A stretch of DNA of 64,000 nt from an uncultured bacterium (GTDB taxonomy: Bacteria; Armatimonadota; HRBIN16). The position numbers were made by a program, and so were the translations under genes. The notes beneath the pieces were generated by a model. That model did no database searches, was not told where the DNA came from, and worked only from the letters and a program-made list of their open reading frames with translations. Shown piece by piece: positions 19,310 through 28,759 of the stretch. Within the stretch, counting starts at the first letter, position 1; each line of letters begins with the position of its first letter. Location of the stretch: contig CAZFLA010000001.1 of assembly GCA_964519405.1 (NCBI GenBank), forward strand, positions 29,956 through 93,955, read 5' to 3'.

Positions 19310-19427
19310 GTGCAGTGCACATCGAGATATTTGTATGTAATAGGTGCCGTTCTGATTTTAGTCTGACCTATACTGTTGTCGGTTGTGAACTAATCTGTTG
19401 GTTGCTTTGACGATTAAGGGTTGTGAT

Positions 19428-20639
19428 TTATACAGTGAATTCACGGACAGACGGTACCGCTCCATACCTGCCTGCCATGTATGCTTTTCGAAAGTTTTGT
19501 TCTACTCGTGCTTTGCTGCCCCAAAGGGGGTGAATGGTTGTTTGCTGCTGTGTGTCTTTCTCAGTAAACCATATCTGATCACGCCGGAAGAGATCACCAT
19601 CAAGCAAGGAGCAGTCGTGTGTTGTGAAGACAAACTGGAATGGTGCCGAGGCTTGCTGGTGCACTAGCTTAACCATGGCTCGCGTGAGCATGGGATGCAA
19701 ACTAGAATCTAGCTCATCACAAAACAGCACATTGCCATGGAAGATAGATTGAATGAAGGGGCCAGCAAGTGCAAATAGACGCTGTGTGCCATCGGATTCA
19801 TCATGCTGCAGGTCGAACTCCACGCTGTGTCCGCCGTTCTGCAACAGGTGAAGTGTCTTCACGCGGTAACCATCACGTGCGGATGTGTCTTTGATACATC
19901 GGATGCTATGGATGCCAAGGTCAGCTTCACGCATGATAGTGCCGACCTGCTCATGTATACAGTCGTCATTTAAGCACAAATCTGCCGTGATGCCGATATC
20001 AGGGCGCACATCCGAGTGATTAATCATCGTGCAGTATCTATTCAGAAACCAGTCATATACCGTCCCAGCAAGATCATGGTTGTTTTGCGCATATTTCGCC
20101 AGATAGAGCTGGTTGTCCAAAGTGTTGTCGGCAATTTTGTCATTCCGAGGCTTCCAATATTCGCCGAACTTGCTGTCATATCCGCTGTCAGACCGCCGAT
20201 GGCGCTCAAACAGCAGCCGTGGAGAGATTCGCTGTCCCGCCATACTCGCCTCATACAGCCATTCATCGGCGATCGCTAGTTGTGTCGCACTGAATCCGTA
20301 GGTGTATTTCACACCATCTGTGATGAAAGTTACTTCAAACTGCGTGGGGGCTGCTTGGTCGGATTCGTCCAGCATAAATGGGGTGACGTCAATATGTTGT
20401 CCGCGCTGCATGTCGTGCGATGACAGGATAATCTGGCGCATCAGCCCCAGCGCCTTGATGATGTTTGATTTACCAGACGCATTTGGCCCATATATCACCG
20501 CAGACTTGAGCAGCCGGAGCTTTCCGCTAGGGTCTAAGAAAGTGTTCTCCAGATAGTTGTCGTCTGGTGATGCCACAAGACTTAGCGTGACCTTGCTGCG
20601 CAATGATCGGTAGTTTGAGACATTGAATTCAACTAGCAT
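19428..20639 (-). CDS. AAA_21/ABC-type ATPase (SMC/RecF-like P-loop ATPase of the kind found in abortive-infection systems). Start moved to MLVEFNVSNY.
   Basis: N-terminus FNVSNYRSL...IYGPNASGKSNIIKAL Walker A. C-terminus SDGTQRLFAL...LFCDELDSSLHP (signature / Walker B / D-loop) ...FTTHD (H-loop). Confidence 0.75.
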   Translation of the reverse strand: MLVEFNVSNYRSLRSKVTLSLVASPDDNYLENTFLDPSGKLRLLKSAVIYGPNASGKSNIIKALGLMRQIILSSHDMQRGQHIDVTPFMLDESDQAAPTQFEVTFITDGVKYTYGFSATQLAIADEWLYEASMAGQRISPRLLFERHRRSDSGYDSKFGEYWKPRNDKIADNTLDNQLYLAKYAQNNHDLAGTVYDWFLNRYCTMINHSDVRPDIGITADLCLNDDCIHEQVGTIMREADLGIHSIRCIKDTSARDGYRVKTLHLLQNGGHSVEFDLQHDESDGTQRLFALAGPFIQSIFHGNVLFCDELDSSLHPMLTRAMVKLVHQQASAPFQFVFTTHDCSLLDGDLFRRDQIWFTEKDTQQQTTIHPLWGSKARVEQNFRKAYMAGRYGAVPSVREFTV

Positions 20640-20909
20640 TTCTGTCTGCCTTAGCAAATCGAGAATTACATCGGTGAAAAATCCGTGTATGCAGATATTA
20701 TAAACAGCAATATTGCATAAAATCAACACAAATACCAGTTATTAACGACAATATTGTGAAAATAACTGAAATACTATGTTGACGAAACTCAAAACTGTAT
20801 GTTGAGCCAGTATGTGGTGCGAGTGGTTATAAAGTATTGATGTAGGATATATCGCATTCCTTGTATAAATATCATGCAGCAGACATCTTTATTGATACAA
20901 GAGGCTAAC

Positions 20910-22823
20910 ATGAAGCGTTCACCTGCGTTTGGGTTTAGTTATCGTGCCATCATACTCGGTTTACTGCTTATCATCCCCAATGTCTTCTGGACCATATACG
21001 GCGAGGTTATCTCGCAAACTGACCTCAATTCCACGTCATTAATGATGCCTCCATTGTGCACACTGCTGCTGTTGATTGTGTGTAATGGCCTAGTTAAGCG
21101 GGTGAAACCTGGCAAGGAACTCACGCCGAGCGAGATGATGTGTGTATACATCCTCATCACAATTGCCACGGTTTTAGCGGGAATGGGTATGCTGCAGTTT
21201 ATCGTCACCACACTGCCAGCAGGATACCATTACGGAATTAGCTCTACAGATATCGCAAATGTCACAAAAAGCATCCCCGCTTGGGCTATGCCGAGTGCCG
21301 AAGTGACGGAGAAGTTTTACCGAGGAAACAGCGCAGTGCCATGGAAAGCATGGTTGGGACCTTTGAGCTTTTGGGGCTGCTTTTTGCTGGTGATGGTGTG
21401 GACGATGTATTGCGTTAACGCCATGTTCCGCAAACAGTGGATGGACCGTGAGCGCTTGACCTATCCTATAGTTCAGCTGCCCATAGAGATGATTGATCCG
21501 CAGTCAGGTTTCTTTCGAAACAAGCTGATGTGGGCAGGATTTCTAGTGCCCGTCATTCTAGAAAGCATGAACAGCCTGAATACATTGTTTCCGAACATCC
21601 CGTATCTGCAACTGCGCGCATACAGTTTAAGCTCATTTTTTACGGAGAAACCATGGAATGCGATGGGGGCGCTGCAGTCCACTTTCTATCCACTAGCGAT
21701 AGGTTTGGGCTACCTGCTGCCTGCGGATGTTAGTTTTAGCTGCTCATTTTTCTATATCCTCACGCGTTTGGAAAATGTAGCCACTAACGCATTTGGATTG
21801 AACTCTGGACCAGGAACTAGCGGGCAGTGGCCGTATCTCGCAGGGCAAGGAGTAGGCGGGTTCATCGGCTTAGCCTTGATGACGATCTGGATAGCTAGGC
21901 ATCACCTTGCCGATGTCTGGCAAGGTGCAGTGCATCCAGACAAAGCTGATGATGCCGATGAACCGATGAGTTATCGTGCTGCTTGTATCGGGCTGTTGGT
22001 CGGTTTTGCAGCCATGATGGGCTTCGGTTTGGTGTTCAAGATATCGCCGATAGTATTTGGTGTGTACCTCATCATATACTTGGCCTTTTCGCTGACCATT
22101 GCGCGGCTGCGTGCTGAAGCCGGTCCCGCATGGACGATGGGACCGATGTTGTCTGCTGTTAATGTAACTCACAATACACTTGGCACCATAAACATATCCA
22201 CGCAAGACATGCACAAAATGGCTATGTTTACCTGGTTTTCCGTAGAGATGCGGTGCTGCCCAATGCCAGTGAGTGCGGAAGCTATCAAGATGCAGCATCG
22301 TCCCGGTAAAGGTCGCTCGATACTCAGTGGGATGATTATGTTGGCGTCAGCCGTTGGTATTATCACCGGGTTCATTGCGTTGCTAACGGTGTATTATCAA
22401 ACCGGAGCGGCAAGCAGTAAGGTGGATGTCTGGCGCACGGCCATGGGGTTGAATCCGTATCAAACGGCTTCTGCGGCGGCACTCAATCCGAAGAATCCAG
22501 ATTGGTCGCAGATAGGCGCTGCCGGGTTTGGCACCTTGGTGACTATTGGCTTAAGTGCGGCTAGAACCGCGTTTGTGTGGTGGCCGCTGCATCCAGCCGG
22601 ATATGTGCTTGGCAATACCAGCACGATGGATTGGTTATGGCTGCCGTTTCTCATTGCGTGGGTATTTAAGGTAAGCTTTTTAAAGGTGGGCGGAGTGAAA
22701 AGCTATCGAAATGCTCTACCGTTCTTCATGGGGTTGATAGTAGGTGACTACGTCACGAGCGCATTGTGGTCGTTGCTCGGAAGCCTACTGAGAACACCTA
22801 TGTATCGGTGCTTCCCGTGTTAG
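20910..22823 (+). CDS. Large polytopic membrane protein of unknown family (about 12 or more TM helices). Start moved to MKRSPAFGF, which has an AAGAGG RBS.
   Basis: Hydrophobic segments throughout. No recognisable transporter signature. Confidence 0.55.
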   Translation: MKRSPAFGFSYRAIILGLLLIIPNVFWTIYGEVISQTDLNSTSLMMPPLCTLLLLIVCNGLVKRVKPGKELTPSEMMCVYILITIATVLAGMGMLQFIVTTLPAGYHYGISSTDIANVTKSIPAWAMPSAEVTEKFYRGNSAVPWKAWLGPLSFWGCFLLVMVWTMYCVNAMFRKQWMDRERLTYPIVQLPIEMIDPQSGFFRNKLMWAGFLVPVILESMNSLNTLFPNIPYLQLRAYSLSSFFTEKPWNAMGALQSTFYPLAIGLGYLLPADVSFSCSFFYILTRLENVATNAFGLNSGPGTSGQWPYLAGQGVGGFIGLALMTIWIARHHLADVWQGAVHPDKADDADEPMSYRAACIGLLVGFAAMMGFGLVFKISPIVFGVYLIIYLAFSLTIARLRAEAGPAWTMGPMLSAVNVTHNTLGTINISTQDMHKMAMFTWFSVEMRCCPMPVSAEAIKMQHRPGKGRSILSGMIMLASAVGIITGFIALLTVYYQTGAASSKVDVWRTAMGLNPYQTASAAALNPKNPDWSQIGAAGFGTLVTIGLSAARTAFVWWPLHPAGYVLGNTSTMDWLWLPFLIAWVFKVSFLKVGGVKSYRNALPFFMGLIVGDYVTSALWSLLGSLLRTPMYRCFPC

Positions 22824-22849
22824 TCGGGTTATATCAATGGTGGTGACAT

Positions 22850-23407
22850 ATGGAGATGAAGGGGATAGTCAAAGCTTATATTAGTTTGGGTTCGAATATC
22901 GAGCCTCGTCTTGCCAACATGCAGGATGCGGTCAATAGGCTGCACCAGTCGGACTGCCGTGTGACAGCTGTGTCTGGAGTATATGCCACAGAGGCGATCG
23001 GAATCGACGGAGACCAACCGGACTTCCTCAATGCTGTGATTGAAGTTCAAACGGACATAGGTGCCGAGCAGCTCCTAACAAGGCTTCTGCAGGTGGAGCT
23101 TGTTGGCGGGCGTGAGCGGCGCTATTATGGCAGCCCGAGGACGATCGATCTGGACTTGATCTTATATGGTCAAGAGATCATCAACAAACCGCCTAGGCTG
23201 GTGGTTCCGCATCCTCGTGCTTGCCTTAGGGCGTTCGTGCTGCAGCCTTTGATGGACATAGCGCCGGAATATGTGTTTCCAACAGGGGTTCGAGCTGAAA
23301 CATATCTAAACTCGCCTTTAGTGCAGCAGCAACGATGTATACTGCAACCAAATGATGTGATGACAATACCAAGTTTGTGCTGTGACTGTACTAATTCTAT
23401 AGGCTGA
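22850..23407 (+). CDS. folK: 2-amino-4-hydroxy-6-hydroxymethyldihydropteridine pyrophosphokinase (HPPK)
   Basis: YISLGSNI...VSGVYATEA...QPDFLNAVIEV...GRERRYYGSPRTIDLDLILYG matches the HPPK signature. Confidence 0.85.
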   Translation: MEMKGIVKAYISLGSNIEPRLANMQDAVNRLHQSDCRVTAVSGVYATEAIGIDGDQPDFLNAVIEVQTDIGAEQLLTRLLQVELVGGRERRYYGSPRTIDLDLILYGQEIINKPPRLVVPHPRACLRAFVLQPLMDIAPEYVFPTGVRAETYLNSPLVQQQRCILQPNDVMTIPSLCCDCTNSIG

Positions 23408-23499
23408 ATATACAATCATACGATCATAGCATACGGGCATACCATATTTGGTATGCTATCGAATGACCTATACCAATTCTCCAAGTGAGGGTACAAGCG

Positions 23500-24588
23500 A
23501 TGAATGACCGTGAACGGTTACTGAATACGATGGCTTACAAGCCTGTTGACCGAGCTGTGTATGGTGTCATGACAGGTGGTTGGCCGGAAACCTACAAGCG
23601 TTGGGCTAAAGAAGGTTGGGAAGCAGCCAAAGAACCATACTTCAAAACAGACCGATGGGATTGGATTGGCCACTGGTTTTTTCCAAATCCTCCATTTGAG
23701 CGAACTGTATTATCTGAAGACGAGCATACAGTAACCTACATAAATCATGAAGGTATCACCATGCGCGAACGAAAAGATGAGTCGTTCAGCTCGATGCCGC
23801 AGTTTATTTCTTTCCCTGCACAAACACCGGATGATTTTCGGAAGTTCATGAAAGAACGGATGCAGCCGGATATCGCGGCTCGTATCGGCGCCGATTATGC
23901 GCAGACACTAGCTGCATATAAGGACCGCGACTTTCCACTGATCATCATCAGCGACCGATGGGGGGGTATGTTTGGCGGCCCTAGGGCCATGATGGGTGTG
24001 GAAAACCTGTGCATGATGTTCTACGATGACCCCGATTTTGTAGAAGAGGTCATGGAGAAACTGGCAGACTTCATCATTGCCATGATGGGGCAGGTGCTGC
24101 AGTACACCGATGTGGATGTTTACGGATTCTGGGAAGATATGGCCTACAAAACTGGCCCGCTGATGAACCCAGCGATGCTTCGCAAAATGGGATTACGGCA
24201 TTACCGCCGCGTGGTCGATTTCGTGAAGTCACACGGTGTAAAGTATGTTTCGCTGGATAGTGACGGAGACGTCACAGGTCTGCTGCCAGTTTGGATGGAT
24301 GCTGGTATTGATATCATCTACCCCTTTGAAGTTCAGTGCGGGATGGATGTGCTGAAGTTCCGCAAGGAGTATGGCAAAGATCTGCGCATGTGGGGCGGCT
24401 TCGATAAACGAGCCGTCGCATGGGGGCCTGAAGCTATTGAGAAAGAGATTGCTAGGGTTCGGCCGTTAATGGAAGAGGGCGGCTATGTGTGTGCACCGGA
24501 TCATAGTTTGCCGCCGGACACCCCGTTTGAGAACTATCTATACTACATGGAGCGCATGCAGCAGGTGGTCAGCGAAAGCCACTGTTAG
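23500..24588 (+). CDS. Uroporphyrinogen decarboxylase (URO-D) family protein (MtaA/CmuA-like). Start at MNDRERLL, which has a GAGGGT RBS.
   Basis: URO-D/methyltransferase TIM-barrel family signature spread over 360 aa. Confidence 0.7.
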   Translation: MNDRERLLNTMAYKPVDRAVYGVMTGGWPETYKRWAKEGWEAAKEPYFKTDRWDWIGHWFFPNPPFERTVLSEDEHTVTYINHEGITMRERKDESFSSMPQFISFPAQTPDDFRKFMKERMQPDIAARIGADYAQTLAAYKDRDFPLIIISDRWGGMFGGPRAMMGVENLCMMFYDDPDFVEEVMEKLADFIIAMMGQVLQYTDVDVYGFWEDMAYKTGPLMNPAMLRKMGLRHYRRVVDFVKSHGVKYVSLDSDGDVTGLLPVWMDAGIDIIYPFEVQCGMDVLKFRKEYGKDLRMWGGFDKRAVAWGPEAIEKEIARVRPLMEEGGYVCAPDHSLPPDTPFENYLYYMERMQQVVSESHC

Positions 24589-24621
24589 CTTCGGTAGCCG
24601 ATAGGGTATATTAAGGTCATG

Positions 24622-24660
24622 CAGTGGTAAACGAAATCACCACTGTGTGACATTTTTTTG
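24622..24660 (+). terminator. Rho-independent terminator after the URO-D-like gene
   Basis: CAGTGGT-loop-ACCACTG stem followed by TTTTTTT. Confidence 0.7.
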
Positions 24661-24675
24661 ATATGGAGAAGATCA

Positions 24676-25614
24676 GTGAGATCAAAGAAGAGTAAACTGA
24701 TTATTTCTGCTGCGATTGTGCTCGCTTTGGTTTATGTGATCGCATGGGCCGACTGTGTTTTTACGAATACTATAGCCAACTACCCAGTGATCGGTCGATC
24801 TGACCTGAAATCCGTGCTTTCTGGTGATGCTTATTACCAGCTTGACAAGGTTGTGAACCTTAGGACGCAAAAGAGTTGGAAAGTCACTGGCAGGGTTCTG
24901 ATATGGGATGCTAGACATAACAAACCCCTCGCAGCTTGGCTGCCAGGCAACGAGGGTGCGTGTGACACTGTGACGCTTTATGACGCAGATGGTAAGCCTT
25001 GGTATATCAAAAACACGGCATATGGTAGCTTGTTTCGAACCAGGTGGTACTGCGATTCCCATAGACGCTTCTTTCTACATGAAATAACTGATCAGCAATA
25101 CGATGACGATATCACTAGCATGGTGGCTGTGTATGATACGGAACCTCGATCTGTTAAGCATATGTTTATACCAAAATATACTGCAGCACCTGCTGACGGG
25201 GAAGGAGGTTTCTGGGTATACACCGGTAAGGGATTGGCTGTATGGAGCGCACTCACTAATACCATGACCGATATGGTCCCGATAGAACCATCGGTGGTAC
25301 GGAGCGGCCATCGTAAGTTCGGCATCTCACCGGACGGTCGAAAAGCTGTGATCATGCGTGAGAAACGCGGGTTGCCCTTTCACTTGGTGGGTCGAGGTTT
25401 TGATGTCATTGATATCAAGACCAATCATCGAAAAACTATATGGATATCGAGCTTTGGCGTTTGGTGGGATACCTTTAAAGTCGGTTTCGTCGACAATGAC
25501 CATTTATACGTTAATGCGTATTCTACAGACTACCTAGTGCGTATCCGTGACAACAAAGTTTGGTGTATCAGCGATTACCCGTTCAAGCTGTTGCCTGCGA
25601 TATATCATGAATAG
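24676..25614 (+). CDS. Membrane-anchored hypothetical protein (N-terminal TM, probably extracytoplasmic beta-rich domain). Putative GTG start with a GGAGAAGA RBS.
   Basis: TM helix LIISAAIVLALVYVIAW. W/Y-rich beta-like C-terminal region. No known domain recognised. Confidence 0.45.
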   Translation: MRSKKSKLIISAAIVLALVYVIAWADCVFTNTIANYPVIGRSDLKSVLSGDAYYQLDKVVNLRTQKSWKVTGRVLIWDARHNKPLAAWLPGNEGACDTVTLYDADGKPWYIKNTAYGSLFRTRWYCDSHRRFFLHEITDQQYDDDITSMVAVYDTEPRSVKHMFIPKYTAAPADGEGGFWVYTGKGLAVWSALTNTMTDMVPIEPSVVRSGHRKFGISPDGRKAVIMREKRGLPFHLVGRGFDVIDIKTNHRKTIWISSFGVWWDTFKVGFVDNDHLYVNAYSTDYLVRIRDNKVWCISDYPFKLLPAIYHE

Positions 25615-25707
25615 CACAGTGGTGTGAACGAATGGACTGCTGATGTGATGCACAACAAGAGATGATGTAGTATTAACACGTAAGTGATTATTGGTTGAGG
25701 TATCATC

Positions 25708-26532
25708 ATGGTTCATGGATGGATTCTTGGTTCGTTAGTATTAGGGACCACGCTCTGCTCGATGTTGGCCTTCGCGGGTGATGCACAAGGGCTTCAGAAA
25801 CCGGTGGATGTGGCATTTAAAGCCAAACTTGACGGCTCTGAGCAACGATATGTGCTGATGCTGCCCGATTCCTTTGATAAAACTCAGAAACACGATGTGC
25901 TGATAGCCCTGCACGGTCACGGATCGGACAGATGGCAGTATGTGCAGCAGGAACGGGGTGAGTGCCGTGGAGCACGCGACATGGCTGCGAAATACCAGAT
26001 GATATATGTGTCGCCGGATTACCGCGCATCTACCTCGTGGATGGGGCCTAAAGCCGAAGCTGATATGCTGCAGATCATTTCGGAGCTTAAGCGTAAATAC
26101 CGTGTCAACCGGGTTTTCCTTATTGGCGGATCAATGGGTGCTACCTCGACGCTCACTTTTGCGGCACTTCATCCCAACCTAATTAGCGGCGTGTGCTGTC
26201 AGAACCCGTTGGCTAACCATATGTTGTATGAAAACTTTCAAGACGCCATTTCTGCTTCGTTTGGCGGGACGAAGCAGCAGGTGCCGATGGAATATAAAAA
26301 GCGCAGTGCTGAATACTGGCCCGAGCGGTTCACCTTTCCGGTTGCCATCACCACTGGCGGACTAGATACTAGTGTGCCGCCCGATAGCGCTATCCGATTA
26401 GCAAACACTCTTAAAGTAATGGGGCGTGATGTGCTGTTGATACACCGCGAGCAGACCGGCCACGAAACGAACTACGACGATACCGTTGCGGCATTCGAAT
26501 TTGTGATGTCGCACGCGAAGAAGACCCCCTAG
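25708..26532 (+). CDS. Secreted alpha/beta-hydrolase (esterase/depolymerase-like, prolyl-oligopeptidase superfamily)
   Basis: Signal peptide. Nucleophile elbow GGSMG. HGHGSD oxyanion region. C-terminal His. Confidence 0.75.
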   Translation: MVHGWILGSLVLGTTLCSMLAFAGDAQGLQKPVDVAFKAKLDGSEQRYVLMLPDSFDKTQKHDVLIALHGHGSDRWQYVQQERGECRGARDMAAKYQMIYVSPDYRASTSWMGPKAEADMLQIISELKRKYRVNRVFLIGGSMGATSTLTFAALHPNLISGVCCQNPLANHMLYENFQDAISASFGGTKQQVPMEYKKRSAEYWPERFTFPVAITTGGLDTSVPPDSAIRLANTLKVMGRDVLLIHREQTGHETNYDDTVAAFEFVMSHAKKTP

Positions 26533-26566
26533 CCGTGCAACTGCTGGGGTTTGATATGGTGTATCT

Positions 26567-26599
26567 GCGTGTAGATGGTTATTGATACCATCTACACGC
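26567..26599. terminator. Strong 13-bp-stem hairpin between the esterase gene and the DUF488 cassette (terminator or insulator)
   Basis: GCGTGTAGATGGT-tattgat-ACCATCTACACGC read directly from the sequence. Weak T-tract. Confidence 0.4.
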
Positions 26600-26639
26600 A
26601 GTGGGGTATCATTTATGCAGGAGAGTGCATAAACGAGAG

Positions 26640-27206
26640 ATGGCGAACGCGATATATACTATAGGTCACAGCAACCACCCAATAGAACATTTCTACGCTT
26701 TACTGGGGCAGCATCACATACATACATTGGTTGATGTTCGCACATCACCATATAGCCAGTATGCTGCATGGTTTAATAAAGAAGAGCTTAGTGACGGTAT
26801 AAAGAAACTGGGCTTACAGTATTATTATGCGGGCAAGCATCTTGGCGGTCGCCCGACAGGATCGGTGTTTTACGATAAGAATGGTTATGCACTGTATGAT
26901 GTGATGGCTGCAGATAAGCAGTTCATTAAAGCGTTGTCTCAGCTGCGCCATTTAGCCGCAATTTCATCACCGTTGGTGATCATGTGCAGTGAAGAAAATC
27001 CACGACTATGTCATCGAGGCTTGTTAATATCGCGTGTTCTTGATCAACAAGGTGTTGATGTGCAGCACATTATGGGTGACGGCAGTGTACAACCTCATCG
27101 TACTCTCTTTACCCATCAACTGTCGCTGATAGACGGAGAAGATGAGTGGAAGTCTATACGATCGGTTTTACAACCAAGTCCGCAAGAGAGTTCTTCAACA
27201 CAATAA
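26640..27206 (+). CDS. DUF488-family protein, paralog 1. Start at MANAIYTIGHSNH.
   Basis: N-terminal IYTIGHSN...LVDVR motif and the later GG/CHR elements of DUF488 (YeaO-like). The 3' end overlaps the next ORF by about 61 nt. Confidence 0.7.
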   Translation: MANAIYTIGHSNHPIEHFYALLGQHHIHTLVDVRTSPYSQYAAWFNKEELSDGIKKLGLQYYYAGKHLGGRPTGSVFYDKNGYALYDVMAADKQFIKALSQLRHLAAISSPLVIMCSEENPRLCHRGLLISRVLDQQGVDVQHIMGDGSVQPHRTLFTHQLSLIDGEDEWKSIRSVLQPSPQESSSTQ

Positions 27207-27586
27207 AGACTGCGGGTATCAAAAGACTTCTTGATATTCGTCTGAATAACAAATCCCAGCTAGCAGGATTCACGAAATGCCAGGACTTAAGCTATTTTCT
27301 GGAGCATATCTGTGGATGCCGCTATGAGCACGATGTTGATCTAGCTCCTACAGCCTCAATCCTTGCCGCCTACCGGAAAGACCACTGTTGGGTAAATTAT
27401 GAAATTGCTTTTCAACAGTTGTTGATGGCTAGAGACAAACAGCTTCAGATAAAGTATTCCGCTGAGTATTTTAAAATTCCGACTGTGTTATTATGCAGCG
27501 AACCTACGCCTGATCACTGTCATAGAAGGTTAGTGGCTGAGTATTTACACAACCTATACAGCGATCTGCATGTCGTTCATCTCTAA
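27146..27586 (+). CDS. DUF488-family protein, paralog 2
   Basis: MEVYTIGFTTKS...LLDIR...LAP...LLCSEPTPDHCHRRLVAEYL matches the DUF488 consensus. Confidence 0.7.
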   Translation: MEVYTIGFTTKSAREFFNTIKTAGIKRLLDIRLNNKSQLAGFTKCQDLSYFLEHICGCRYEHDVDLAPTASILAAYRKDHCWVNYEIAFQQLLMARDKQLQIKYSAEYFKIPTVLLCSEPTPDHCHRRLVAEYLHNLYSDLHVVHL

Positions 27587-27600
27587 TCGGGTGACTATGA

Positions 27601-28224
27601 ATGAGTCGCATTGTGCTTTTAGCCAACTCAAGAAAGTGGAATGCTCGTTGTTTGGCTGGTATCGATCAGGTGACTGGCCGATGGATTAGGCCTGTTAGCT
27701 CACTTGTGGGTATATGTCATAGCTGGCCAGCGAATCTCATTAACGATATCGATGTTTTCGATGTGATTGAATACAAATCCAGCGTTCCTCAACCGCTAAA
27801 TTACCATCCCGAAGATGAACTGCTTCTTGATCAGCCAAAACGGGTAGCACGGTTGAGCGACGATGAGATACAGGCGATGTGTGGAAAACTCAATGCGAGT
27901 GATGTCCATGAATTCATAGCAGATCGAGTTGCTATCGCCGAAGAGGAACTATCGGAGCGTGCACTGACATGCAGCTTGGCGGCATGTGTATGTAACGAGG
28001 TCTGTGTATATCAGGCTCAGCACCATGACAACATGCGATGTTGGTTCATGCTTGGAAATAGGAAGTATGAATTGCCATGCACTGATGACTATAGTATAGC
28101 TTCGGAAACCATGACCGTCGGTGATGTCCTGCATGGCCGTTTTCTTGTTTGCTTGAGCGTAGGGGAACCATATCGTGGGTATCACTATAAACTTGTTGCG
28201 ACATTACGACGTCTGCCTGAATAA
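27601..28224 (+). CDS. Hypothetical protein (207 aa), third gene of the DUF488 cassette
   Basis: Gap of 15 nt from paralog 2 on the same strand. Cys-containing. No recognisable domain. Confidence 0.5.
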   Translation: MSRIVLLANSRKWNARCLAGIDQVTGRWIRPVSSLVGICHSWPANLINDIDVFDVIEYKSSVPQPLNYHPEDELLLDQPKRVARLSDDEIQAMCGKLNASDVHEFIADRVAIAEEELSERALTCSLAACVCNEVCVYQAQHHDNMRCWFMLGNRKYELPCTDDYSIASETMTVGDVLHGRFLVCLSVGEPYRGYHYKLVATLRRLPE

Positions 28225-28234
28225 TATCGAAATT

Positions 28235-28609
28235 CTAGTAGCCGTGACCTGGTTGCGAGGAGAGATACCGCTCAAACCGGTTCTTTTCGTCAACCAGAAT
28301 GACCTTGGCGGAGACAGCTTCGTCGGCAAGCGCAAATGCGGCGACGATGATTTGGTCGCCTTCTTTAGCGAGGTGAGCTCCCGCGCCGTTGATACACATC
28401 TGACCACTGCCTGGTTTACCTTCGATGATGTAGGTTTCGAACCGGGATCCGTTGGTAATGTTCCAGATGTGCACCAACTCACCGGTATTCATACCTACCT
28501 TCGCAAGTAAGGTGCTGTCTATGGTGATGCTGCCGATATAGTCTAGGTTGGCTTCGGTAACAGTTGCTTTGTGTATTTTGGCTCGGAGAAACTGACGCAA
28601 TATCATCAC
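28235..28609 (-). CDS. panD: Aspartate 1-decarboxylase
   Basis: LRAKIHKATVTEANLDYIGSITID...GSRFETY...GSGQMCINGAGAHL are classic PanD motifs. Confidence 0.88.
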   Translation of the reverse strand: MMILRQFLRAKIHKATVTEANLDYIGSITIDSTLLAKVGMNTGELVHIWNITNGSRFETYIIEGKPGSGQMCINGAGAHLAKEGDQIIVAAFALADEAVSAKVILVDEKNRFERYLSSQPGHGY

Positions 28610-28759
28610 TCAACAGTCCTTAGTTAACTAGTGTCCAATATCATTATGCGTAATTCATAAGCGTTTGTCAGCTTATGTTATGTCTGCTATCATCAAGGAA
28701 AACTCACTGTGGTATTTATTACAGTGAAACAGCTGCATATATTGGTAGGAAGGTGATAT

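Noticed and set aside
18720-19340. 206-aa plus-strand ORF
   Set aside because: It is antisense inside the well-supported ABC exporter gene.
23436-23458. Palindrome GCATACCA-TATT-TGGTATGC downstream of folK
   Set aside because: It could be a weak terminator or operator. It has no T-tract and no repeated copies, so it is too ambiguous to call as a feature.
28657-28678. Inverted repeat CATAAGC-n8-GCTTATG in the panD/GNAT divergent promoter region
   Set aside because: A possible operator, but it is short with a single copy, so the evidence is insufficient.
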